DNA of 52,866 nucleotides, taken from Nitrospirota bacterium (GTDB lineage: Bacteria > Nitrospirota > UBA9217). The stretch is taken from positions 1 to 52,866 of the forward strand of contig CAVUHW010000011.1 of NCBI GenBank assembly GCA_963741205.1. The letters run 5' to 3'. This document shows, one piece after another, positions 28,218 through 38,242 of the stretch. The notes under the pieces were generated by a model. It was given only the letters and a program-made list of their open reading frames with translations, ran no database searches and had not been told where the DNA came from. A program made the translations under genes and the position numbers. Position 1 is the first letter of the stretch. The number at the start of each line of letters is the position of its first letter.

Positions 28218-29249
28218 CTATTTTTGAAGCAGGTCGAAGAGGTGGGCGAGCATCTCTTTTCTTTTTTCGTGGAGGATCATGTCGTGTTCCGTTTCCCCGC
28301 GGATTTCGGCGAACGGTAGTTTGAACCGGTAGTCCGTGACGAGGGATATCAGGACCCGCTCGATTTCCGCGAATACCGTCTTGTCGTCCTCGGGGTCCGT
28401 GCGCTTGGCTGCGATGTGAGCAACCAGTGTGTCGAGTTCACGAACGATCTTCTTTGCATGTTCGTGGATGGCCTCATAGAGGCCGGTCAGCGTGAAGACG
28501 TCCGACCGCAGGAAGTCCGCGGTCCGTTTCGAGAGCTCGGTGACCTCTTCCTTCGCGGCTTCGAGATGGTCCCTGGTGATCGTACCCTGGCGCAGGGATT
28601 CGCGGAGGCGATCTTTAACATGCATTTTGATGTCCTCGACCAGGACGAGTTCTTTCTTCCTGTCGATCTGCTCGCTTACGAGGATTACGATCGACGCCTC
28701 GCAAAGTTTCTCGATCTTGCTCAAATTGTCCCGGATGTACTGGACAATGTATATGAGCTCTTCAACCAGGGCGGCCCAGCGCCTGGTGAGCACTTCAAGA
28801 GCTTGTCTTCGTTCGTCGATCATTCCCTGGAACCTGAGCAGCCTGGCTGAGTCCTCTTTCTTCTTTGGGTTGAGTCTTGCCATCTCTTGTTCGGCCGACT
28901 TGATGAACGCGGTCGGTTTCTTGAAATCGAGCGCGGTCAGGGCGTGAAGCTGATACTTGTACTGTTCCACGGCCGACAGGAGGGCGGGGCTGACGAAGTG
29001 CGCGTGGGCGAGCACGCTGTAAAATATTCCATCTCGGAAGTCGACCTGCGCCGCGCCGTCCTGCCGGAGGAGCTCGAAGGCCCTGACATCGGCCAGCAGC
29101 TTTCGATACGCCGCTAGATCGTCACGATGGAGCCCCGGGGTTCCCGCCTGCTTTGGGCTGTCGAGAAAACCCTCGAGTTCCTTCTGAGCGGGGAGCAGCC
29201 GGTCATTCGATTTAAAACGGAGGCCGAATATGGTCTTGTCTGTTGTCAT
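28218..29249 (-). CDS. Hypothetical alpha-helical/coiled-coil protein
   Basis: 343-aa ORF with normal composition and amphipathic helical pattern; no recognised motif. Confidence 0.75.
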   Translation of the reverse strand: MTTDKTIFGLRFKSNDRLLPAQKELEGFLDSPKQAGTPGLHRDDLAAYRKLLADVRAFELLRQDGAAQVDFRDGIFYSVLAHAHFVSPALLSAVEQYKYQLHALTALDFKKPTAFIKSAEQEMARLNPKKKEDSARLLRFQGMIDERRQALEVLTRRWAALVEELIYIVQYIRDNLSKIEKLCEASIVILVSEQIDRKKELVLVEDIKMHVKDRLRESLRQGTITRDHLEAAKEEVTELSKRTADFLRSDVFTLTGLYEAIHEHAKKIVRELDTLVAHIAAKRTDPEDDKTVFAEIERVLISLVTDYRFKLPFAEIRGETEHDMILHEKRKEMLAHLFDLLQK

Positions 29250-29440
29250 AGGCGGATCGTCATCATTTGGGAAAATTGGCTTATCATACCGGTTTAGGGA
29301 GGCGGGGTCAAGGGGTTGCGTACACCCAGCATCGCTGTGTGACCCTAGGTCAAAACAGCCGGATCAGGAAGGATGGGCTCACGCCGCTCCACCCGTTCTT
29401 GATCAGGGGAGACCGATATGGCAATGCACGATGCCGCATC

Positions 29441-29914
29441 TCACTCGGAATGATGTTCATGATCATGATTGTGCTCGTGCATCATCGGTTGCGCCTTCAT
29501 GAGGATGAGCGGGATCCGTATCTCCCCTGATTTCTCGAATACCAGCGTCAGGGCAACGGGTTGTCCCTCTTTTACGTCCATGGGCATGTTTTCGATCATG
29601 ATGTGAGAGCCCATAGGCTTTAGTTCCAGCGTGCTCTTTGACGGTATGCGCATCGTCTTGGCCAAGACCATAAAATTGCCTTTCATTTCATGGAGGTCTG
29701 CCGCTGCGCCGGGGATATCTATCTTCACACCGGTGAGGGTGTCTTTGCCTCCGGTGTTCACGATCTTAAGATACACCAGTCCTTCCCCACGGATAACGGG
29801 CGAGAGTTCCGCCCGGGCGTTTTCGATGGTCAGCTTTGGTCCGCTTTCGCAGCCAGCTAAACTCAAGGCCCCCAGGAAGATAATTGCCGAAAGATGTCTC
29901 GCAATTTTGTTCAT
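29441..29914 (-). CDS. Copper chaperone PCu(A)C lipoprotein with His-rich tail
   Basis: Lipobox LAGC; YLKIVN, LHEM..M, LKPMGSHIM, LTLVFEKSG; tail MMHEHNHDHEHHSE; GGAGG RBS. Confidence 0.88.
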   Translation of the reverse strand: MNKIARHLSAIIFLGALSLAGCESGPKLTIENARAELSPVIRGEGLVYLKIVNTGGKDTLTGVKIDIPGAAADLHEMKGNFMVLAKTMRIPSKSTLELKPMGSHIMIENMPMDVKEGQPVALTLVFEKSGEIRIPLILMKAQPMMHEHNHDHEHHSE

Positions 29915-30179
29915 GATTCGCCTCCGGAATCCTTTATTCGAGAAAAGCATTGAAGCTCACGCCTCTCAGCCCCCTCCTGATAAGGGAGCATGTACGAGCG
30001 ACCGCATTCATTTAAGGTTCGGCTTCGTGGACAAAGATACTATCCCTTCGGGAAAAAGGCAAGAAATTAGAGATGATGAACCAGGATTACGCTCAAAAAA
30101 GAGAACCCGCCCCTTCCCCTCTGTCAAGAAAAGGAAGATATTTCCTACGAGCGCCATTCGGCTTCTCAGCGGGATATGT

Positions 30180-30548
30180 CTAGCTGGGAGTCTGACCGGC
30201 CTCGAGAAGGCTGATGATGGGCTCCTCGGGATGCGGCAGTCCAGCCAGTTTCCAGGCGACGAGAGGGACGCCGAATTCGTCAATCATGCACTCTCGCGGC
30301 TTGTTGACGTTCTTGCATACCGCGCGCAGTATCGGGAAAAAGTTGTATTTCTTATAGTAATCGCGGATGAATTTCAGGATTTCCATCTTATCGTCGGTAA
30401 GTTCGCGGAAACCCATCCGCTCTGCCAGCGCCCTGGCTACGGACTCATCCCAGTCGTCAATGTTCGCGAGGTAACCCTCTTCATCAATCGCGGCCTTCTT
30501 TGCTTTCTCTTTGATTTCAATATAGTCAAGTACCGGCATAATCATCAC
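30180..30548 (-). CDS. TusE/DsrC-family protein lacking the C-terminal cysteines
   Basis: DEEGYLANIDDWDESVA, LTDDKMEILKFIRDYY, AWKLAGLPHP. Confidence 0.85.
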   Translation of the reverse strand: MMIMPVLDYIEIKEKAKKAAIDEEGYLANIDDWDESVARALAERMGFRELTDDKMEILKFIRDYYKKYNFFPILRAVCKNVNKPRECMIDEFGVPLVAWKLAGLPHPEEPIISLLEAGQTPS

Positions 30549-30891
30549 TCCCTCGGAGAATCAATTTTCGTACTTCTTATGCTAATTTTATTGTAGAACC
30601 CGTTGTCGACCGATGTCAAGGGCTCCGATATAGCCATTCGTTATTCGGCGGGACCCGGGTGTTGAATTGACTGTATGGGGTTCTTCGCTCGCCAGGGCTT
30701 CGTCCAGCAAATCTTACCTAGAGAAGCAATCGGGTTGTTTGTCCGGCTTAGGATTTACAACTGATTTTACCGGTTATCGCGTCGATTCCCCACAGTTGGC
30801 ATCAACATACTTACGGTTTGCGGGGAATACCTGAGGTTGAGGGCAAAAATTGTGCTTATTTCACCACTTGGCGTCATCCCGAGAACAAGTC

Positions 30892-30920
30892 TTGACAAGG
30901 GGGCATCAATATTAGATAAT
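30892..30920 (+). promoter_or_regulatory. Sigma70 promoter of accA
   Basis: TTGACA-17 nt-GATAAT. Confidence 0.7.
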
Positions 30921-31009
30921 ACGCTTTCATTACCAACACTCTTCCCTGCTGCCGCGTCACCATGAGCGGCACATCTGTTTTTGCAAAGGAACTTCACGAG
31001 GAGCGCATT

Positions 31010-31969
31010 TTGCCGCAAGAATATCTCGAATTTGAAAAACCGATAGCGGAACTGGAAAAAAAGATTGAGGAACTGACGCTTTTTACTTCTAACGGGGGCA
31101 TCGACCTCGAAGAAGAGATCCTGAAGCTCCAGAAAAAATCCGATCAATTGCTGGCCGAGATATATTCGAAGCTGACGCCGTGGCAGAAAGTCCAGATCTC
31201 GCGCCATGCGAACCGTCCCTATACCCTGGACTACCTCGAAGCCATGATGACGGATTTCGTCGAAATGCACGGCGACCGCGGTTTCGCCGATGATCCCGCC
31301 ATTGTCTGCGGCATGGCAAAGCTCGACCACTCACCCCTTGTCGTAATCGGGCATCAGAAAGGCCGGACCTTGAAGGAACGGGTCTTCCGCAATTTCGGAC
31401 AGCCGAACCCCGAGGGATACCGCAAGGCCCTTCGGCTCATGCGGTTTGCCGAAAAATTCAACCGGCCTCTCATCACGTTCATCGATACCCAGGGCGCTTA
31501 CCCCGGCATCGGCGCCGAGGAACGCGGCCAGGGAGAATCAATCGCCCGGAATCTCAATGTCATGTCCATGCTCAAGGTCCCTATTATTGCGGTTGTTATC
31601 GGTGAAGGCGGAAGCGGCGGCGCGCTGGCCCTCGGAGTCGCCGACCGGGTGCTGATGCTCGAGCATGCTACGTACTCGGTTATTTCCCCGGAAGGATGCG
31701 CCGCCATTCTTTGGAATAACGGCGCCAAGGCAAGCGAGGCCGCCGAACTCTTGAAGCTTACTGCGCAGGACCTGTTTCACATGAGGGTGATCGATGAAGT
31801 TGTGGAAGAGCCCATCGGCGGCGCCCATCGGGACCCCCGGAGGGCGGCGGAACTGCTGAAGGAGGCCATTATGCGGAACATGGCCGAGATCAGGGACATT
31901 GCTGCCTCAGACCTGGTGAAGCTCCGGTACGATAAATTCAGGAAGCTCGGGATGTATGATCAGCTTTAG
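31010..31969 (+). CDS. accA: Acetyl-CoA carboxylase carboxyltransferase alpha subunit
   Basis: YLEFEKPI, HGDRGFADD, PEGYRKALR, GEGGSGGA, SVISPEGCAAILW; TTG start after GAGGAG gives 319 aa. Confidence 0.96.
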   Translation: MPQEYLEFEKPIAELEKKIEELTLFTSNGGIDLEEEILKLQKKSDQLLAEIYSKLTPWQKVQISRHANRPYTLDYLEAMMTDFVEMHGDRGFADDPAIVCGMAKLDHSPLVVIGHQKGRTLKERVFRNFGQPNPEGYRKALRLMRFAEKFNRPLITFIDTQGAYPGIGAEERGQGESIARNLNVMSMLKVPIIAVVIGEGGSGGALALGVADRVLMLEHATYSVISPEGCAAILWNNGAKASEAAELLKLTAQDLFHMRVIDEVVEEPIGGAHRDPRRAAELLKEAIMRNMAEIRDIAASDLVKLRYDKFRKLGMYDQL

Positions 31970-31974
31970 CGGGG

Positions 31975-32328
31975 TCATTCGATCTCTTTTTTCAGCCGTT
32001 CCACGATGATTTTCAACCCTGCCATGGCGTCCTGGACCCCCGCGTACGCGGAGAGAAACACCAGCAGGCAGTACTCCCCCGATACCGGCATGAGCAGTTC
32101 ATTCCCCTCGTCCAGCGAAAAAAGCACCGCATGGATTTCACCGAGACCGAGGCGCCGGGCGATATCCCGGATCTGGTCCAGGTGGATCTCTTTCCAGGCG
32201 CCGAGCAACCTGATGTCCGCTGCGCCGCCCCCGGCCTGGGCAATGGCTTCACCGTCACCGTCGAGAAAAATAACGGCCCGGGAGCCGTTGACTGATGTTA
32301 TCACATCTTCTAAGATCTGATTGAGCAC
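31975..32328 (-). CDS. Roadblock/LC7 (MglB-like) domain protein
   Basis: 117 aa; ILEDVITSVNGSRAVIFLDGDGEAI start, typical of the roadblock fold. Confidence 0.7.
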   Translation of the reverse strand: MLNQILEDVITSVNGSRAVIFLDGDGEAIAQAGGGAADIRLLGAWKEIHLDQIRDIARRLGLGEIHAVLFSLDEGNELLMPVSGEYCLLVFLSAYAGVQDAMAGLKIIVERLKKEIE

Positions 32329-32390
32329 GCATGCCTCACGCTCAAATTACCGTGCGACGGTTTTTGCATCCGTCCTTCCCCTGGTCACGT

Positions 32391-33092
32391 TCAACTGAAA
32401 ACCATGAAAAAAAGAAACGTCACGCCCGCCCCCAGGAGAGCTCCGGCAACGACCTCGATCGGCCTGTGGATGCCCGACGACCACCTGCTCCAGCTTACCA
32501 TGGCCGCGAGCAGAAAGGTCAGGAGGACGATGGACAATGAATCGGACAGATAGAACGCGGCGCTCCAGATCGAAAAGGAGACAGCCGCATGGCCGCTCGG
32601 CATGCCCCCCCTCAGGGGCTCGCCCCTGCCGATATAGGCCTTCAGGATGATGACCAGGATGATCACGACCGACAGGGAAACGAAGGCGACGACATCGCGC
32701 GGGGCTTTTGCCACGCGCCACTGCCCGCTCGCCGCCGCAGCTTTGAGCGCGGGGTATAGAATCAGGTAGGCGAGCATCAGGGCGCCGATGGAGGCGATGA
32801 GCACGACGCCGGCGGCTATGTCCTTGGCGAGCTTGGCCTTGGGATGAAATTCTTCCGAGATCATGTCGACCGTCGTCTCGATGGCTGTATTGAGCGCCTC
32901 CGTTACGAGCACGAGCACGATGGCCATGCACAGAAGGATAAATTCGACGCGCGAGATGTTCAGAACCAGGCTCAGGACCAGGGCCGCCAATGCGGCATAG
33001 AGGTGATAGCGCATGTGCCGCTGGGTCTTGACGGAATAAATGATGCCGTCGATGGCCAGGTTGGCGCTCTGGACCCACGATTTCGGTTTCAA
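32391..33092 (-). CDS. dgkA: Diacylglycerol/undecaprenol kinase fused to a PAP2 domain
   Basis: EALNTAIETTVD, AKDIAAGVVL; C-terminal GGMPSGHAA, SR, HRPIEV. Confidence 0.85.
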   Translation of the reverse strand: MKPKSWVQSANLAIDGIIYSVKTQRHMRYHLYAALAALVLSLVLNISRVEFILLCMAIVLVLVTEALNTAIETTVDMISEEFHPKAKLAKDIAAGVVLIASIGALMLAYLILYPALKAAAASGQWRVAKAPRDVVAFVSLSVVIILVIILKAYIGRGEPLRGGMPSGHAAVSFSIWSAAFYLSDSLSIVLLTFLLAAMVSWSRWSSGIHRPIEVVAGALLGAGVTFLFFMVFS

Positions 33093-33149
33093 ATGAAAAT
33101 GCCTTTCTTCAAAGTTTTTCCCAAACCTGTACGGCTCATTGTGGATGAG

Positions 33150-33587
33150 TCATGAGCCGATCCTCTTCATGAACTGTCGTTCCCTGCGGCGCATTCTGCC
33201 GGCTTCCGCCGGGCCGCGCTCGTGGTCATAGCCCAGCAGATGGAGCAGCCCGTGGACGAGCAAGCGCTCGATTTCGCGCGTCAGCGTGTGTCCCGCCTCC
33301 CTGGCCTGCCGTTCCGCCCGCGGCACCGAGATCACGATGTCCCCGAGGAGCTCAGGCCGGATTTCTGCGAACCGTCCCTCGCGCTGGGAGAAGGACAGCA
33401 CGTCCGTGGTCCGGTCGATGTGGCGCCATTCGTGATTAAGGGTGCGCATGGCGCGGTCGCCGACGAAGAGGACGCTCAGCTCCGCATCAGGAAAACCGGA
33501 ACTCCGCAACAGCTTCGCGAGCCGCATCCTGAGTCTTGCCTGCGCCAGACTTTTTTTCCTCTGGTTGTTTTTTATTCTGATGATCAC
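33150..33587 (-). CDS. ybeY: rRNA maturation RNase YbeY
   Basis: TDVLSF, LGDIVIS, HGLLHLLGYDH. Confidence 0.95.
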   Translation of the reverse strand: MIIRIKNNQRKKSLAQARLRMRLAKLLRSSGFPDAELSVLFVGDRAMRTLNHEWRHIDRTTDVLSFSQREGRFAEIRPELLGDIVISVPRAERQAREAGHTLTREIERLLVHGLLHLLGYDHERGPAEAGRMRRRERQFMKRIGS

Positions 33588-34036
33588 CGCGTTTTTTGTC
33601 TCCGGGGAGCCCCAGGCCGGGATAGTCGATCCGGTGGTGATAAATGCCGTTGAGAACGAGATTGAAACTCTGGGATATCTCCCGCAGATCCTTGAGCGTA
33701 AGGTCGCACCGGGAGAGCTGGTCGTCCAGGAAAATTCTGGTGATGACGCTGTTCGTCAGCGCCTGGATGCGCTGGTGCGTCGGATCTTCCAGCGCCCGGG
33801 ACGCGGCTTCGACTGAGTCCGCCAGCATCACAATGGCGGCCACTTTCGTACGCGGCAGCGGCCCCGGATAGCGGTAGTCTTCTTCGGCAATCAACGCGTA
33901 GGGCTGAAGCTCTTTTGCCTTTTGATAAAAATACGTGATAAGCGAGGTGCCGTGGTGCTGCTGGATGATGTCGACCACCGCAGACGGCAATCGGTGCGCG
34001 CCGATCCGGTCGCTTGTTCCTCGCGGTGAGGGTCAT
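33584..34036 (-). pseudogene. Internally deleted 7TM-HD (PgpH-like) phosphodiesterase: short N-terminus joined to the C-terminal end of the HD domain
   Basis: HRLPSAVVDIIQQHHGTS, YRYPGPLP, MLADSVEAASR, HHRIDYP; the extracellular, 7TM and HDIG parts are absent; usual phoH-HD-ybeY-dgkA position. Confidence 0.75.
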
Positions 34037-34071
34037 GGGTCTGGCCCCTGCGCAGGAATTTCACGGCCGAA

Positions 34072-35046
34072 TTATTTCTGCTGTTCATCCGCTGCCTCGT
34101 ATTGCTCGTACGCCTTGACGATCCGCTGCACAAGCTTGTGACGGACCACGTCGCGGTTCGTAAAATAGACGAATCGGATGCCCTCGACGCCTTCAAGAAT
34201 TGCCTGGACCTCGATGAGGCCCGAAGTCCGGCTGTTCGGGAGGTCGATCTGGGTGATGTCTCCGGTGATGACGGTCTTCGAGTTGAAGCCGAGCCGCGTG
34301 AGAAACATCTTCATCTGCTCCGTGGTGGTGTTTTGCGCCTCGTCGAGGATGATGAAAGAGTCATTCAATGTCCGGCCGCGCATGAACGCCAGGGGTGCGA
34401 TCTCAATGTCCCCGCGTTCCACCAGTTTGTTCGCCTTTTCCGTTTCAATCATATCGTAGAGCGCATCGTAGAGCGGCCGCAGATAAGGATTGACTTTTGC
34501 GTACAGATCGCCGGGCAGGAATCCGAGCTTCTCGCCGGCCTCGACTGCGGGGCGCACGAGAATGATCCTGCTTACCTCGCGCCGCAGGAGCGCCGAGACC
34601 GCCGTAGCCATGGCCAGATACGTTTTCCCCGTGCCGGCCGGGCCGATACCGAACACGACGTCATAGCTCCTGATTGCCTCGACGTACTTGCGCTGGGTCT
34701 CGTTCTTCGGCGCTACGGGACGTTTCCGGCTTGAGACGGGGATGGCCTTCTGGAAAAGGTCTTTCAGTGCGGCGGCGGGATCGGCTGAAAAGGCATGAAT
34801 GGCGTGGTTTACGTCGTCTTTGTCGGTAATAACTCCCTCGGCGAGCAGTTCGGCGAGCTGCGTGAAAAGACGCTCGACGTGCGCTACGGCTTTTTCGTCA
34901 CCCTCGATCTGGATGCGGTTGCCCCGCGCGTGCACACTCACGCCGTACGTGTTCTCGATGAGCCGGAGGTTCTTATCCAGGTCTCCGTAGAGACTCGGCA
35001 ACGAGCGTTCGTTTTGTATGATCAGACTTGCCGCAGCGGTTTTCAT
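34072..35046 (-). CDS. phoH: PhoH family ATPase
   Basis: GPAGTGKTY, RPAVEAGE, MRGRT, LDEAQN, GDITQIDL. Confidence 0.93.
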   Translation of the reverse strand: MKTAAASLIIQNERSLPSLYGDLDKNLRLIENTYGVSVHARGNRIQIEGDEKAVAHVERLFTQLAELLAEGVITDKDDVNHAIHAFSADPAAALKDLFQKAIPVSSRKRPVAPKNETQRKYVEAIRSYDVVFGIGPAGTGKTYLAMATAVSALLRREVSRIILVRPAVEAGEKLGFLPGDLYAKVNPYLRPLYDALYDMIETEKANKLVERGDIEIAPLAFMRGRTLNDSFIILDEAQNTTTEQMKMFLTRLGFNSKTVITGDITQIDLPNSRTSGLIEVQAILEGVEGIRFVYFTNRDVVRHKLVQRIVKAYEQYEAADEQQK

Positions 35047-35157
35047 TGCATGGATACGGTTGTGCGCTCATGACCGTATTTTCATGGGACATGTTAGCAT
35101 GGCGACGGGGTAAAGTCAATTTCCGTTTTTCCCCGGTTGCCTCTCAAACGCCGGCCG

Positions 35158-36530
35158 TCACGAAGCGCCGAATTTCTGGAGGCGGTGCCGGAATGAACGA
35201 AAGGAAAGCTTCAGAAGCTTCGCTGCCTCGGTTTTGACCCCGCCGGACTTTTCCAACGCCCTGCGGAGCAGTGTTTTCTCGGCGTTTTCCAGCATGGTTT
35301 CCAGGTCCAGGCCCTCGTCGGGGATTTCAAGGGCTACGATATCGGCGCAAGGATTTATACTCCTGACGACATCGGGGATGTGTTCGAGTTGGATCGTATC
35401 ACCCGGCACGATAATCACCAGGCGTTCGATCATGTTCTCCAACTCACGCACGTTCCCCGGCCATGGGTAGTTCATCAGGGCTTTCATGGCATCGACGGCT
35501 ATCGTCTTGGTCCGTATCCGGTCGCCTTCTTTTCGGGAAAACTTCCGGAGGAACAGATCGACAAGAAGCGGGATGTCCTCCTTCCGCTCGCGGAGCGGGG
35601 GAAGATGAATGGGAAGCACGTTCAAGCGATAATAGAGGTCCTCACGGAATGCGCCTTTCGCGACTTCGGCTTGAAGGTCTTTATTGCTGGCGGTAATGAC
35701 GTGGAGGTCTACTTTGAGGGCCGCGGTCCCCCCACGCGCATGAGTTCCCGCTCCTGCAGCACGCGCAGCAGTTTTATCTGCAGCGCAGGAGTAGTTGAGC
35801 TGATCTCGTCAAGGAAAATCGTGCCGCTGTCCGCGGCCTCGAAGAGCCCCTGTTTATTCGACGTCGCTCCGGTAAAAGAGCCCTTCATGTATCCGAACAG
35901 CTCGCTTTCAAGCAGGGTCTCGGGCAGCGCCCCGCAGTTGACGGTCACAAAGGGTCCGTCTTTCCTCGGGCTGTTAAAGTGGATGGCCTTGGCGACGAGT
36001 TCCTTCCCCGTCCCGCTTTCGCCGGTTATGAGCACCGTGCTGTTGGTCTCCGCAACCTGCCGGATGAGGGTAAAGACCTTTTGCATGGGTTCGCTCTTCC
36101 CGATGAAATTTTCGAAGCCCGCTTTTGACTTGATTTCACGTTTGAGAAGGATGTTCTCTTTTCTCAGATGCCTTTTTTCGAGGGAATTATTGATGATCAA
36201 CTTCAGTTCATCGACCTTGAAGGGCTTGATGATATAATCCGACGCGCCCAGCTTCATCGCCTCGACTGCGGTTTCCGCAGTCGCGAATGCCGTGATCATG
36301 ATGACGACGGTTTCAGGAGATATTTCCTTGATTGTTTTCAGCACGCCGATGCCGTCGATGCCGGGCATTTTGACGTCGCTGATGACGAGGTCGAATATTT
36401 CCGACTGTATCGCCTTCAGCGCATGTGTTCCGTTTTCCGCCGTGACGACATCGTGGCCTTCTTTCTTAAGCATGATGGCGAGAAAATCTCTCAAGCTCTG
36501 CTCGTCATCGACGACGAGGACTTTGCTCAT
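35158..36530 (-). CDS. pilR: Sigma54-dependent response regulator PilR-like, frameshifted near 35720
   Basis: Receiver domain, [35 protein letters not shown], Fis-type HTH; follows pilS/pilC. Confidence 0.85.
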
Positions 36531-36561
36531 ATCGGTGTGTCCCCCTTCCGTGCACGCTCAC

Positions 36562-38236
36562 TCAGGTTGTCGTATACCAGGGCGCTGCGGACTCTTCATC
36601 GACAAGAGGCAGCCTGACTATGAACCGGGTCCCCTTTCCCGGTTCGCTGTCCACGGCGATGGTTCCCTGATGGTCTTCAATGATTCGGTAGACGATCGCA
36701 AGCCCCAGGCCGGTGCCCCGGGTTTTCGTGGTAAAAAAAGGGTCAAAAATCTTGTCCAGATGCTCGCGTGCTATGCCCGTTCCTGTATCGGCAAAGACGA
36801 TTTCACACACGGCTCCGTTACCACCCCCGGAATACTGTCCGCTGAACACCGATATCGAGCCGCCATCCGGCATGGCCTGGCACGCGTTGATGAGGAGATT
36901 CCAGAAGACCTGCCTGAGGCGCTGGGCATCCCCCTTCAGCCTGATGCGGGGGTCGATGTCGCTCGTGACCCGGATATTCTCGTCGAAGACCTTGCTGTTC
37001 TTTAGAAGCATGATTGTCTCGTCCAACAGGGGCCGCAGTGCGATCTGCTCCGTCTGCGCGGTTTTCGGCCTCGCATACTCAAGAAAATCCGTGATGATCG
37101 TGTTCAGGCGGTCTGTTTCGCGAACGACGATGTCCATGAGGCTTTTATCATCGCCTTGCAGCTTGAGATCGTCCTGAAGCACCTGGATCGATCCGGAGAG
37201 CGACGCAAGGGGGTTCCGGATTTCATGCGCGATGCCGGCGGCCAGGCTGCCGACCGAGGCAAGCCGCTCCTGACGCCTGATCCGGTCTTCCATCTCGATG
37301 ATCTTGGTGATGTCCTGGAACGTCAGGATGATGCCGCGAACCGTATTCGTGTCGTCCTTCAAAAGCGATGCGAGTCATGCCGAGGATCGCCGTGGCGCCG
37401 TCCTTTTTTACGATTTGTCCGTTGAACCGGTGAGGGCGTTCCTTGAGGATTTCGGTATGTCCGAAGAGTTCCTTGATGCTGTTGCCGAATATCTCCTGCC
37501 AGCGCCCATTGATTTCATCAAGGCGGTATCCGGTAATATGCTCCGCGGCAGGGTTCCACGAGGTAATGCCGCCCTCCAGGTCCAGGGTCAGGATGCCGCT
37601 TCCGACGCTCCGCAGGATATGCTCCTGCAAAACGCGCAGGTCCTCAAAGTCAATGCTTTTTTCACGAAGTGCCTGCCGCGTAGACCGGAGCCGTTCCGAG
37701 AGATATCCGCTCAAAAGAGCGACGCCGTAAAAAGACAGCAAATTGATGAAGACCTGATAGAATACCTGCCCCGCCGTAAAGTTCTGGCTCCGCACGAGAC
37801 CGAGGACATTGTAGTACTGCATATCCAGCATGGCCCCATAGAGGATGCTCGCGAGAGAGGCCGCGAGGTATCCACCGCGGCGGTAGAGGATGATGCTTGC
37901 CGAAATAATGGTCAGGTGATAGAGAATGGACAGTCCGCTGTCGATGCCGCCGGTCAGATAGACGAAAAACGTTACGAGCAGGATGTCGATCGAGGTTTGA
38001 ACATAGGCGAGAAAGAGAAGATCCTGATACCGTCCGACGAGGTACCGATAGACGACGGTCAGCGCATAGACCGCGAACAGGACGTAATACAGGGCGGCGG
38101 CATGAAACGAATATATCCGGTACCGGTGCTGAAAGAACAGAAGGGTCCCCACCAACAAAGTCGTGAGGACCACCCTGCCCCAGATGAGCCACTTGAGGCG
38201 TACGGAGTATTCTTCTCTGGAGAATTCCCGCGTCAC
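36562..38236 (-). CDS. pilS: Sensor histidine kinase PilS-like, frameshifted near 37370
   Basis: Multi-TM N-terminus, PAS, AHEIRNPL, NLLINA, DTGTGI, PFFTTK, GTGLGL. Confidence 0.85.
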
Positions 38237-38242
38237 GTGACG

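Noticed and set aside
32391-33092. DgkA-PAP2 fusion as novel
   Set aside because: Known architecture in the phoH-ybeY-dgkA neighbourhood.
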